Both the position numbers and the translations under genes were made by a program. From the sequence record OR142618.1: DNA of 64,000 bases. One strand, written 5' to 3'. Positions 15,943 through 28,000 of the stretch are shown here, piece by piece. Under the pieces are notes generated by a model. That model saw nothing but the letters and a program-made list of their open reading frames with translations, was not told the origin of the DNA and made no database searches. Within the stretch, counting starts at the first letter, position 1. The number at the start of each line of letters is the position of its first letter.

Positions 15943-16920
15943 ATGACTATAGTATATGCACATGAAATAAAAAATGATGTTTTTGTAGTTAGAACTAGTG
16001 CATATCTGTTTAACAATAATACAGCAATCCCTAGGCAAAATAACGGAAAACCTATTATTTCTGTCGATTTTGCTATACATGACGGAATAAAAGAACATGC
16101 AGTAAAAAGTAATGGTTTGATAGAATTTTATGCATCTAAAGACGACATAGAAACTAAACAGTACACAATAATAACATATATTCATTATGTTTCTCATTAT
16201 ATTCATTCTGTAGATAATACTATATTGTCTGTTCAAGATTATGACACATTTAAACTATGTAATGAAATAGATAAAGGATATTTAAATCTTTATTCTGAGT
16301 GCTATGCCAAGACAAAATACAAAGAAGATACAATCCAAATTGTCATACAAAATAAGCTCGAAAGTATTGAAGACGAAATGCTAAGAAAGCATGCAATGCC
16401 TGTATTTTTGCCAGATCCGTACAACGTAAGTTCCGGAAAATCGGTGTATTCTATAAATTTAGAAAATGTAATTATAGATTACATTGAAACTAATGTTAAT
16501 TCTGTAGTTAAAAATAAACTTGAACAAAAAATAAAAAATCCTTCTGATCCGTATTTTTATAAATCAAAAATTCTTAGAAACCAATATTATATAGAAAAAA
16601 CAAACATTTCTATTGCACTAAGTATAGGACAGTCACTACACAGTACACTCTATACTAGTAATACGTTCGTCGGGTCTATAGAAAGTATTAACATATCGTT
16701 AAAACATGCTATGAAACAATTAAAAATGATGTGCGATCTTTATATATCGTTAAATGATACATCAAATACCGATATGACCTTTTTAGTTGGCCATCTCGAC
16801 TCATTAGCTAGAATAGTACGACAGATAGATTTTAAAATAAAAGATAAAGACAAAAGAACTTTATTAATTGATTCGATTGATAAAATAAAAGAAAGTATAA
16901 TAAAAAGAAAAGAAGATTAA
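15943..16920 (+). CDS. Hypothetical protein (325 aa)
   Basis: Long ORF tiled after previous gene; no motif recognised. Confidence 0.85.
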   Translation: MTIVYAHEIKNDVFVVRTSAYLFNNNTAIPRQNNGKPIISVDFAIHDGIKEHAVKSNGLIEFYASKDDIETKQYTIITYIHYVSHYIHSVDNTILSVQDYDTFKLCNEIDKGYLNLYSECYAKTKYKEDTIQIVIQNKLESIEDEMLRKHAMPVFLPDPYNVSSGKSVYSINLENVIIDYIETNVNSVVKNKLEQKIKNPSDPYFYKSKILRNQYYIEKTNISIALSIGQSLHSTLYTSNTFVGSIESINISLKHAMKQLKMMCDLYISLNDTSNTDMTFLVGHLDSLARIVRQIDFKIKDKDKRTLLIDSIDKIKESIIKRKED

Positions 16921-16935
16921 ATCTTCTTTTCTTTT
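16903..16935. terminator. 15-bp perfect inverted repeat centred on a stop codon; likely bidirectional terminator
   Basis: AAAAGAAAAGAAGAT-TAA-ATCTTCTTTTCTTTT between convergent genes. Confidence 0.6.
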
Positions 16936-18154
16936 ATATTATTAAAATTGTTTTTGTATAAGTATACGTATTATTGTCGTATGTAGTTACTCGCCATGAT
17001 ATGTCTTGCGTCTGTCCCACTGTGCCGGAATTTGACGAAAAAGTCCATGTTCTGTTAACTACAACAGGATCATTTGGTCTTACATAATTAACAGAGCCCT
17101 TTGAATTTGTTCTAGTTGTATTAGATCCTACAGGCAGAGGGTATGCAACTCCGTCAAATACTATTTCTTCAGATACGATTGCTTGATAGCCGAATGTAAA
17201 TATTGCAGATCCGGTTACACTAGCACCCTGCTGTACTTGGTTAGGACCGGAAATGTTCATAGTAGGAACTATTGCTGCACTATTTGTTAAATTATATAAC
17301 AGTGCATAAGTAGGCGATATAACAGGATATATTGCACTAGAAATATGTTCTATTACTGTAAATTGCAAATTTCCTTGAACTATAGTTTGTGTGTCAAATT
17401 CCGTAAATATTACATAAAATGATATAACAGATGGACTGTTTAACTTTGCTTGAACAGACATCTGGACGTTGTCTATTTTAAGTATAAAAACTGTTTGATA
17501 TGTATTATTTAATTCATAGAACGTTTTAGTACATGGTTTGCTGTTAGTTGGTACGCTTGGTGCAGATATTCCGAAAAATACAACAGAATTTATATTTTCT
17601 AAAAGCTCCTTCATCTTTGTAGAAATAGTAGTGCTCGGCGAGGTCATCTGAGGCGTTATTCTTATTGCGCCGCCTGTATTGAAAAATTGTCTTGCATGAT
17701 TATTATCATTAAATGTGACAGTAAACTCTGAATATACAGATTGATCCCACGGAGCACTCGTCGGTCTACTAGATGTTAGTTTAGTAGTATAAGTCGGATT
17801 TGCTAATTTACCTCTATTAGCTTCTAATAAAGATAATGCATCGCCTAATGGTAACAATGTACCGGGCGGTTGCATTACATCATAGTTATATGCAGCAATT
17901 GTATTACTTGAAGATACAATTGCTGGCCAGGCTGCGCCTAGTAACGATGTGCCTTGATGTAATGCAATAGTTTGCATAGTAGAAAACAGTGTATTCCAGT
18001 TAGATGCACTGATTATATTTCCTATAGCAACTTGTTGTACAGGAACAGTCTGTCCGTATCCGTAGCTACCTGTTCCTGTACCTAAAATATTTTGTATTTT
18101 AGAAGAAAATAGATTATAATCAGCAGCCTGTATTACCTGATTTCTTGCGTACAT
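16934..18154 (-). CDS. Virion structural protein (tail/baseplate associated)
   Basis: IQAADYN..GTGTGSYGYGQT N-terminus recalled from jumbo-phage structural proteins; in the tail cluster. Confidence 0.7.
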   Translation of the reverse strand: MYARNQVIQAADYNLFSSKIQNILGTGTGSYGYGQTVPVQQVAIGNIISASNWNTLFSTMQTIALHQGTSLLGAAWPAIVSSSNTIAAYNYDVMQPPGTLLPLGDALSLLEANRGKLANPTYTTKLTSSRPTSAPWDQSVYSEFTVTFNDNNHARQFFNTGGAIRITPQMTSPSTTISTKMKELLENINSVVFFGISAPSVPTNSKPCTKTFYELNNTYQTVFILKIDNVQMSVQAKLNSPSVISFYVIFTEFDTQTIVQGNLQFTVIEHISSAIYPVISPTYALLYNLTNSAAIVPTMNISGPNQVQQGASVTGSAIFTFGYQAIVSEEIVFDGVAYPLPVGSNTTRTNSKGSVNYVRPNDPVVVNRTWTFSSNSGTVGQTQDISWRVTTYDNNTYTYTKTILII

Positions 18155-19590
18155 TATTTAGAGCCTATTGCACATAAAACTAATTCTACATCCGATGTTG
18201 ATTTAGAACTAATAGCACGTCCTATAATACTATATACACCCATAGGACCTAACTGTTGCAATTCTGACATTGTTATTCTACGAGCAACACCAGGAACATC
18301 ACTAGCAACTAATCTATCGCCCTTAGATATGGGTCCTATTACTTTCACGGGTACTCTTCCTGCTAATGCAACAAACGGATGAGTGTCATCTGTCCCTGCG
18401 TCGGCATTCATCATTATGCCTGCACTTGTACTTATTACACCGAATACTTCTGTATCTGCATCGAATGTTGTCATTGTTATTTCTTTAGAACCACCCAATT
18501 TAACTACAGTTCCTGTATCTAATTCTCCATCAGCTTCATATCTTTCTGCAAGATCTGCATATTTACTTGATGTAGACGTACCTATTAAATTAGTTCCATA
18601 AATATTTTGGAAAGGACTAATTTGGCTTCCTATAGAAGAAGTAGTTGTTCTAGCATTTATTTTAGATGTTGTTATTTCGTTTATGTATGATAGGCCAAAT
18701 GCATTATTAATATCGCCGATTGTGGTAGTATCAGGTACACCGGGAATTAGTTTATCTCTTGCATATAATTCCATACCGTATATTTTAGAATATCTATTTG
18801 TATCTGAACCTAAAGTAAATGCATTAGTTGTGCTAGGTATTAAGTTAGTAATAACACCATAACCTGGCTGCCCGGATCCGACTGATAAACTATTAGCATA
18901 CATCCCGCTTGCATATATACCTGCAATTCTACTCGAAGCACTACCTAGAGTATCAGTTGTGTTTTTCATCCCAACTGCTGTATCACTAAGAGGTATAAAA
19001 CCTAAAGTAATATTACCGTTTGATCTAGAAAATACAATTTCTTGTGTTGCAAGAAATCTTCTTGCATATACATCTGCAAATGTTAAACTTGCCGAACCTA
19101 TAGAATACTGAGAAGTTGTACTGGGTAGTACATTACCGCCTATAGTAGTAGCACCTAATTGGGTTGTTCCTGCAACTAAATTAGTTGTATTAACTGTACT
19201 GAAATAACCTACTCTGAATCTATTTGCGGCGGCGCCTAAATCTACTGTATTTGTTGCAGGAATTATTGTAGAATCTACTGTACTTATTAATGATTTCCAC
19301 GATGCATGATTTGGGTTTGCACTAGTGTTGTCTGTAGAATTGACAGGATCGTTTCCTATCCATACTTTCATTACATTAGTTCTAGTATCAAACCAAAGTT
19401 GCCCTTTTATTGCACCCCTAGGAGATGTATTATTTGCAAAGTTTTCTAATGTTCTTATTGTAGACTGTGCTAAAGATTGTCCATATGCAGGTGTTATTCT
19501 ACCAACTAAGCTAGTAGAATATACGTTAGATATAGTACCATCAGGTATTGCTATTATATTTCCGTTTGACTTTGTAATTGTATATGACAT
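18154..19590 (-). CDS. Tail fibre/spike-like protein with C-terminal intramolecular-chaperone (S74-like) domain
   Basis: C-terminal ADLAERY..GTVV..VFGVIS..ALAGRVPVKVIGPISKGDRLV; beta-repeat body. Confidence 0.75.
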   Translation of the reverse strand: MSYTITKSNGNIIAIPDGTISNVYSTSLVGRITPAYGQSLAQSTIRTLENFANNTSPRGAIKGQLWFDTRTNVMKVWIGNDPVNSTDNTSANPNHASWKSLISTVDSTIIPATNTVDLGAAANRFRVGYFSTVNTTNLVAGTTQLGATTIGGNVLPSTTSQYSIGSASLTFADVYARRFLATQEIVFSRSNGNITLGFIPLSDTAVGMKNTTDTLGSASSRIAGIYASGMYANSLSVGSGQPGYGVITNLIPSTTNAFTLGSDTNRYSKIYGMELYARDKLIPGVPDTTTIGDINNAFGLSYINEITTSKINARTTTSSIGSQISPFQNIYGTNLIGTSTSSKYADLAERYEADGELDTGTVVKLGGSKEITMTTFDADTEVFGVISTSAGIMMNADAGTDDTHPFVALAGRVPVKVIGPISKGDRLVASDVPGVARRITMSELQQLGPMGVYSIIGRAISSKSTSDVELVLCAIGSK

Positions 19591-19592
19591 TA

Positions 19593-21338
19593 TTAACCTA
19601 CCCTAATCCATACGTATGCACATTGCCACGGAGATTGGTTATTATGTTTTCCGTCGCCGCCGACAGAAGAAGTTAGAGGCGCTGTAGTAACGCTCTGGAA
19701 TCCGTAACCGTCTTCGACCCTAGCAGATTGACCGCCGACTGAACCGAATCTACCCGATTGCGAAACGTTATTTCCGAAACCTTGTATATGCTGATGCGCT
19801 GGCATCTCTGCTACAGTAAGTTTATGGAAATAAGTTCCTCCTGTTGATCCGGCAGCATATCCACCCGAATCTCCATTTGCATCAGTAGTAGATCCGTTCC
19901 CGACTATAGATCTGCCCTGTGCATACGGATTCCAGACCCCGAATCCTAAATAAGTTGCTGGGTTTGCCGAATTAGTTGCGTTAATGTATACAGAACCTAT
20001 AGGATATACTAATTCTCTAGTAGCTGCAATGGCAGTTAAAATTTTCTGATCTACTTGGTCTTGGGTATAAACGGTAGGAAGATTGCCAGTATGCCATATT
20101 CTTTGACCGTTTATATATAGTGCGCCGTCGTTTACGCCATCTGTATGCAGTCGAACATCGTAATCAGTAGAAGAGTTCGTGGCATGGTGAAAATCTAAAT
20201 ACCTAGCTATTTCTGTAACACCAGATGTACTAACAACAGGAATCTTGTTAGCCATATTTCCAGGAACACCAGGTGCTATAACATCGTGTGACGCTGCTGT
20301 GCCTAATCCAACTACAGTTGTGTTCATTGTAACGTTTGTAGTACCGTCTAATACTACTGAACCTAAAACATTTCCAGTTAGTGTTAATGTTCTGCCAAAC
20401 GTCCATTTATCTGCAGAAGCTGCTCTGGTTGCATTAGTCGCACTTGATGCATTACCTACGAAATTTACAGAATACATGTTTCTATAGCGCCGAGCAGTAG
20501 AACCTAAGTCATACGTATTATCTATTACAGGCATCAAATGAGAATTTAAACCTTGATTTGTGCCAGTTCCTAGTGTTAATAACGTCGTATTTACATCTTG
20601 GCCGAAGAATCTTGTTACTCTATATGAAGTACCACCTATAATCCATGTGCCCCTACAGAATAAATCGTTATTAGGTCCGTTTTCTAATGCTATAACAGAA
20701 GAACCATTAGTAAAAGTTATACCACCGGAATTAATCCATGCTTTCTTTGTATATAAATTATCCCATTGTTTTGCAGACGAACCCAAACTAGACGATGTTA
20801 TAAACTGACAAGGATTCGGCATAGTCGATTGGGTTTCGGGTAATATGTCGCCTTGAACTGAAGTATTTCCTACAACTGTAAGAGCAGTTCTGTTAGAACT
20901 AGATGTACATTTTCTTAAAGTTGCTTCTGTTCCGAAAAAGCCCACTGCATAGATATTTTTAAATCTAAGTGTAGGAGACCCTATATTAATTGTATTATCA
21001 ACTTTTGGCAATAGATCTTGTATTAATGCTCCGCCAATAGGAGTCCACATTTCGTTAGATCTATCTGCACTAGTGTTATCGTTAGGAGATAGAGGGTCTG
21101 CTCCTTTCCATACTTTAAGTATTTCCTGCTGAGTATCATACCACAGTTGGCCCTTAATGGCCCCCCGAGGCGGAATTGTATTGGCAAAATTTTCTAAATG
21201 CCTAATTGTACTCTGTGCTATTTCTCCGCCATATGGTGATATGTCTTTGCCTAGTAATGGCAAAGTATAATTCTCTAATATCGTTTGGTCTGCAACAGTA
21301 ATAGGGGTGCCGTTACTTTTGGAAATATTATATGACAT
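19593..21338 (-). CDS. Tail fibre-like protein with gp10/short-fibre-type C-terminal domain
   Basis: Same N-terminal module as 18154..19590; C-terminal YPIGSVY..NPATYLGFGVW..HKLTVAEMPAHQH..HNNQSPW. Confidence 0.75.
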   Translation of the reverse strand: MSYNISKSNGTPITVADQTILENYTLPLLGKDISPYGGEIAQSTIRHLENFANTIPPRGAIKGQLWYDTQQEILKVWKGADPLSPNDNTSADRSNEMWTPIGGALIQDLLPKVDNTINIGSPTLRFKNIYAVGFFGTEATLRKCTSSSNRTALTVVGNTSVQGDILPETQSTMPNPCQFITSSSLGSSAKQWDNLYTKKAWINSGGITFTNGSSVIALENGPNNDLFCRGTWIIGGTSYRVTRFFGQDVNTTLLTLGTGTNQGLNSHLMPVIDNTYDLGSTARRYRNMYSVNFVGNASSATNATRAASADKWTFGRTLTLTGNVLGSVVLDGTTNVTMNTTVVGLGTAASHDVIAPGVPGNMANKIPVVSTSGVTEIARYLDFHHATNSSTDYDVRLHTDGVNDGALYINGQRIWHTGNLPTVYTQDQVDQKILTAIAATRELVYPIGSVYINATNSANPATYLGFGVWNPYAQGRSIVGNGSTTDANGDSGGYAAGSTGGTYFHKLTVAEMPAHQHIQGFGNNVSQSGRFGSVGGQSARVEDGYGFQSVTTAPLTSSVGGDGKHNNQSPWQCAYVWIRVG

Positions 21339-21341
21339 AAA

Positions 21342-21947
21342 TTACCCCATTTGCACTCTAACAGTATATTGTATTTGTAATGCTCTATTAGATGATTTTT
21401 GTATAGGATGGAATATTACATGAGTAATCATTATTGCTTCACTTTGATCTAAATTTCCAGCTATACTAGGTGGCCCTACATATAACGCAATTTCATCGAA
21501 TACAGAACTATCTTTATTATCTTCTGCAAAACTGGGAGCTCTGTCTATAATTTGTTGTTGTAGTCCTGCTTCATCGTATGCAAGAGTAGTGGTTACTTTT
21601 AAATCTGAAAAATTTGTACTTCCTAAAATAACTTCTATTTTATTCTGAAGTGTATTATCTATTTCTTTTTTAAATGTTTCGTTATATAACGAATCGTCGG
21701 GATTACGTATAATAGAAACATTGGGTTCCCTATAAATTATTTCACCCTCAGCAGTCACTCGAGTACCGCCGTTGCCGAAAGCCATATATCTTACGTGCCC
21801 GTTATCTTGTCCAGCCAATGCAGATACTATAGCAGCAGCCAAATTACCGAAATGAATTGCATTCTTTTTGCTAAGAAGTATTTCACCCGTGTCTTTATCT
21901 ACAATAGTAAGATGCCCAATAGCACGGATAGTTCCACTATCTTGCAT
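21342..21947 (-). CDS. Conserved virion structural protein
   Basis: GHLTI..KKNAIH..FDEIALY..THVIFHPIQKS pattern; late promoter upstream. Confidence 0.7.
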   Translation of the reverse strand: MQDSGTIRAIGHLTIVDKDTGEILLSKKNAIHFGNLAAAIVSALAGQDNGHVRYMAFGNGGTRVTAEGEIIYREPNVSIIRNPDDSLYNETFKKEIDNTLQNKIEVILGSTNFSDLKVTTTLAYDEAGLQQQIIDRAPSFAEDNKDSSVFDEIALYVGPPSIAGNLDQSEAIMITHVIFHPIQKSSNRALQIQYTVRVQMG

Positions 21948-22079
21948 ATTAACCCCTTTTATTTAATAATTCTTTATTTGTTTTCAGATCTACAATTTTA
22001 ACGTGATCGAGGGCGTGACCGAGCACGTCCTCGTCTGGTTTTTTATTGTTACTGTTATCTTTCTTATTATCCATATCGA

Positions 22080-22087
22080 TATTTATC
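22080..22087 (-). promoter_or_regulatory. Putative late promoter GATAAATA
   Basis: T4 TATAAATA-like; recurs before structural genes. Confidence 0.6.
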
Positions 22088-22098
22088 TGTGTTTTAAA

Positions 22099-25000
22099 CT
22101 ACGGAGTTAATCCACTTCCAGGTCTGTTTTGTAAAAATATAGCCCAGGGAGTTGTACTTAGAGCAAGACCACCGTTATTATTTTCCCATATGTACTTACC
22201 TGTATCTTCTTGTTCTTGTTTATACGAACCGTCAAATACTCTAGTATATAAAGGCACAGTTGTATCTCCATTTGTTCCGGTATATACAGATGTCCCTAAT
22301 GATCCCCTAGTCAATCCGTGTAATTTATTACCGCGTTTATATAAGAATTCTATACGTTCGGTTCCTATCCAAACTACACCGGGTTTACTATTAGACGGAT
22401 CTACTATTGCAGATGCATCTACTAACTCTATAGATTTATCTGTAAGTTTTAATGGTTTAGCTAATCTAGTGCTATAATAATCAGAAATCCTAACATAGTG
22501 TGTTTCGCCCATTTCATCTAGGTGTACCCTGAAGCTTAGTGGTTTGGCAGGATATTTGATTACAACATTATCACCTTGCATTGTAACTGGATTTATGAAA
22601 TTGTGTTGTTCATTGAATACAGCTACCCACGAATTATTAACAATATCGGTTACTTTTTGAATGTTTGTTTCAGTCCAATCGATTCGTATAATATCGCCTG
22701 CGTTAAGAGTACCCTTATATACTACTAATAACTTAGCATTATCACCTGTTATATTTGTGAATTCTATAGTGTAGTCTTTGTCTTTAGTTTTACTAATTCC
22801 ATTTATATAAACTGTCTCTCCTACAAAATTACGTATACTAGTATCTACAGTGAAAAGTTTTGTATTTGTATACAATATTTCTTTACTCTTACGAGTATAT
22901 AAATTATTAGATACACTGATCATTCTTTTGTTAGCAGCAACAAACATGTCTAAAGTCTGCAACTTATATTCAGATGTAGTAACAGAAGTTATGTTATATT
23001 TGTTCATTACATACGAAACATAATCATCTAACTTCATTATAGAATAAGATTGATATTTAACTGTAATTACAGTTCCTGCACTCGGCGCAATTTCAAAATT
23101 AATAACAAGTTCAGGAGTAATTCCACTATTATCTACAACTACTGTATAGCCATACATTGCAACTCCGCTTGAATAAACACCCTGGACTCTGTTGGGGAGA
23201 ATATTCATACCTGTATGTATCATAGTATCTACACCATTTGCAGTAATATCTACAAACTTGTATGTAAGTTGTCCCGATGCCTGTGCGACTACTTCGTCAG
23301 GATTAGCAATAGTTGGCATATCTATAGGTAGTAGGTACACACTATCTGCATTTTCTGGAGAATCTATGCTTGGATCCCAAGCAAATGTATCCCATGTGTT
23401 TATATCTTTATTTTGTTTTGTATTTCTTAAATCTACAGTTATGTATCCTTGAGTATTATCCCTTACTACCGAATTAGTATCAAACCTATAATCGTTAGCT
23501 ACAGTAGTTTGTGAAGTATAATTATCTTTATAGACTACTGATATAATATCACCTGTACTGAAACTAGTAGGATATGCAATGACTACGGTATTAATGCCGT
23601 TGTTATCTATATTAAACTTCAATTTGTCTTCAGTATTAGGATCTCCGTTTATAACTAACCCTATTATATCCTGTAACACTATTTTTTCAGTTAATACTAT
23701 TTTAACAAACGGGTTCGAAGTATCTGTATTAGTAACAACATACTGAACTTCTGTAGTCTTCGCATTAGAATCTACAATAATAACCATGTTCTCTGTAGGA
23801 GATACTAATGCTTGTTCTTCTGGGATGCCTTCTCTTACGTCAGTATCTTCAAAATATGCACCATCTATTATAGGCTTACTAGTGTCACTGTTAAATGTAT
23901 TAGTAACAGGATTAAAAGTAAACACTATTTCGTCACCTTCTACTGCGCCAGGAACTTCTATAGATGTAAAATTAGAACCTTTTGTAGCAGTGTATTGTGT
24001 AGAAGATCCATTTAGTGTTACGCTAGTTATATCTACTACATATCGTATGACAAATGTTGTTTTTCCTTCCGATATGACTGTTGCACTTGTTTCGGTATAA
24101 TTAGGAGTAATAACATACGTAGCAGTAGAGGCATCCCATGCGTATTCGTCCCATTTTGTACTATCCCACGGTCTGCTAAATATGTACTCAAAATCTTTAG
24201 CATCTATGACCTTGCCTTCATAGTCACACCCGTATTCGTCGCCGAATCGTTCGTTAAATTGGAATAAAACATCTCTCTCGCCGGCTGAACTTTCGTATAG
24301 ACGTTCAGTAAACGAACTGTATGGATATGAACCGTTTATGGGTGCGGCACTTAAAATATCCCGTTGCAAGTCAGTTTGATATAATATATATCTTCCAGCA
24401 GCGCCAGAATATTGTAAGTATTCAGTCCATAATTGACGATTACCTTCTTGTATTGTGCCCGGTATACCCCAACGTAATTGACCCCACTTAGGTATACCCC
24501 AGCCGCCTGCGATTTTACCAGCTGGATCTATTGCTAAATCAAATATAGGTTTAAGCACTTTACCGGGTTGTCTAGCATTATATTCTAACCTCATTTCCTC
24601 TAACGGAGTTTGGGTGAATTCTGTACCAGAATATAATTTTATTTTAGATCCTATTTTAATAAGAGTATTTGATTTAAATGTTACTTGTAGATAACCATTC
24701 TCGTTTATTTCTACATCATATTGCTCTTTAGTAATAGTTTTTCCATCTACCTTAATTTTCCAAACAGATTTTATATCGGTGTAGTTTACTATTATTACAT
24801 CACCTGCATCAGGAGTAGAAGGAAGTATTATAAATGTTGCATTTAATATTGTAGTGAATGTGTAACCTTCTATTTCTTGCCCATTTATTGTTACAGATGT
24901 TATTCTAGAAATATCTTTATTAGCACCTAATTGATATTGAGAAATTCCATCTAATGCTATAAATTCATCATTAGGAGTATTTGCTATAAGAACTACTTGG

Positions 25001-28000
25001 CCACCGGTACCGATAAATGTTTGGTCGCCTAAGTCTATATAATTCGGTTTAGTTATGTAACCGCATTGTACTCGATCGTATAACGAATTTATATCAAATA
25101 ATCTGGGTACTTCTATCGGACGGAATGGTGCTTGTTCTCCCTCGTGATCGTCTGGCCAATCATATAATGAATCATAGTCATACGCTGTTCCGTTCGCGAT
25201 ATCCATAGGAACATTATATTTTACCCCTAAGTCTCTTATTTTTGTAGTATACGGTTTAATTTCTTTTATATAAGAAATAAAACTCTGTATAGGATCAGTT
25301 GTAACCGATTCTTGCTGAGTTAAACTTTCTCCTTCTTGATTAACTTTTATATAAGTAGTCTTGAATACCCAATCTAAGTTTTGTTGCTCAGATAAAACAT
25401 AATTTATTAACGCAAAGAACACTAAGTTCCTCATTACTAAGTTTGCGTCTTTAAATACATTGTTATAAAGAGCAAATATTAGTTCTCGCAGTGCATTATC
25501 ATTTGTATATGATCTAGATACTGTATAGATTGCAGGCAACAACTGAATAGCACTGTTCTGACGTCCAATTAGCGTAAAATTCTGATTACTGTATTGATAA
25601 AGTGTAAATTCTTCAGGTCTTACTAATTTAACTATATCGCCGTCTTTTAGTTTTCCTACAAGTCCCGTTAATTCACCTACAGTAGACACTTGTTTTACAG
25701 GTGTTGTATTAAATTGATTAAATCCGTCAGCATACCAGTTTACATATCTCCAAAGAACAGAAGACGCTAATCCATCAGCCCATGCAGGATTAAAATCTTT
25801 TATAGATATAGTAGACAGAAGACTGTTTGCATTTTGAACAAATACTTTTCTTGCTGCCATTCTATTATCTATCATAGATTGTCTAGGTCTTACTTTTATA
25901 CCCAATTTACTAAATTCAGACAACGTAGGATCAGGAACTATATCTCCGTTTATGTTATATCCAACTAAACTATCTACTAATCTATTCCATAGATATGTAG
26001 GGATAACCGAAACTTCGTCGCCTTCCCTTAGTAGTTTCCATTCTGTATGTTTCTCGTTTATATTTTTAGTGTATCTATAATTAACCTGGAATACTGGTGT
26101 TTTTCCATTAATAGTTTTTGATACATTAGAAAATACAAACGAATTATTTCCTATAAACGAGAACCATTTATAACCCTGCGATTTAGGATTAGTTATAAGA
26201 TTTTCTACACTAGTAGAAGTCATATTTCTACTTTTTATATTATTAGGTATTTCTTGTTTACCTTTTACCCAATAATAATATATAGGTGTTGCTTGGCCAG
26301 CAGAATTAGTGTCATACCTGACAACATAATCTGTTAACGATTTCGGTGTGCCAGTGCCGTTGTATAAATCAGGCGTAAACGGACTCGAAACCCATTCGTA
26401 AACATTTATTACTGAACCTGGGAATAGTTTACCCCAATTATCCCTTCTATATTCTAGAATTTGTTCTTTGGTTTCAGATCCATCTAGTTTTCCGGGTTGT
26501 TCATATTGTAAATACCTGCAAGTAGATGTATCCCACCATAATCTCCCCACTTCAGAATCTGTAAATGCCAATTCGTCGTCTATATTTGCAGAATTAGCCG
26601 AAACAGAATATGTAGTAGGATCTATTTCTGATTTATAGTGAATGTTTCTATCAGCAGTTCCGGGTATTAATCCTTTAACTGGATCGTAAACTGGTAGAAA
26701 ATCTATAGTTTGTTTAGTGTCTTTATCATAGAAATATGCATTTTCAAATAATTTACTATCTACTAAATTTTGTCTAGAACGAATATTTGTTATAGTAGAT
26801 CCGGAAACAACAGCAACAGCCCAGTCATTGTCTGAATTTATACTATCTATCCATACTTTACCCGATGTTACATTAACCGTTGCATTATTTTTAAATCTCA
26901 CATTTTTAAAGAATAAAGGATTCTGTATAGGTACATTAGTTACTTGGTTACCTTCTTTATCAAATATTGCATCTATAACACCGTCCGAATCTACAGTATA
27001 CGAATATACCATATTGTTTATAACACAATACGGATATAGCGCATTAGTAGCAGGTGTTAGTCCAGAGTATATAACAAATACACCCCAGTCGATACCTACT
27101 GACGAGGCATTACCTACCCAAATGTAACTAGTTAGACTCGGTTTAGAAACATCTTTTCTTTCCCACAATGTAAATATATTTTTAGGATATAGTATTTGAT
27201 GAGTAACATCTTTAGTGTTTACATACCCAGCTGTAGGTATATTTCCGTCTAGCTGTTTTGTAGTAGGAACTAATCTATCATTATACTTAATCTCATTACC
27301 TACAATTACTGGCATTCTGCCATTAGGTTTAGATAGCCAACGCTCGTTATCATCACTATCTATAGTAATAATCATATCATACGGACTATCTTCGTCTATT
27401 TTATTTTTTATAATAGAAATTAACTTATCGATAGTTATGACAGTCTGGTTATAAATTATTGCTATTTTGGGAGGTTTTATATAACCGTATCCCGGTTCAG
27501 TTATAGTAACAGAATCAATTCTTCCATTTTTTAATACAACCTGTCCTGTTGCTCTAATTTCCTCTACAATACTATTATTGGGGCTATTTAATTGATTGCC
27601 TTGCAAATATGCATCTACATTAGGATCTAAGCCAGCATTAGCTTCTTCGGGTGTAGCAAATACTATTATAGGTGTAGTAGTATAAATCATTTCTGAACTT
27701 AATACTCTAACTTCAGAAACTTTACCTGTACCATATGATACAGGATATGATAACTCTACTATTTGCGGATCACTTTTTACTAAATCGCCGTCAATTAATA
27801 CTTCTAATTGTGCATTACTATTAGTAGCACCAAAATCTGCTAACTTAAATGCAAATTCCTCGTAAATCTGAATATTTTCATTACTTTTAATAAATTCAGA
27901 TCGTAAGAGTTTATCTACAGACTGCTTTGTACCTTTCTGAGAAATCATGCCTTTATAGAATAGATATTGCTGATCGCCTGTAATACGTAGATTGTTTAAA

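Noticed and set aside
21987-22044. Hammerhead-like reading of the minus-strand hairpin (CAGACGA..GAAA)
   Set aside because: The core is CAGACGA rather than CUGANGA and the GAAA is not positioned after stem II.
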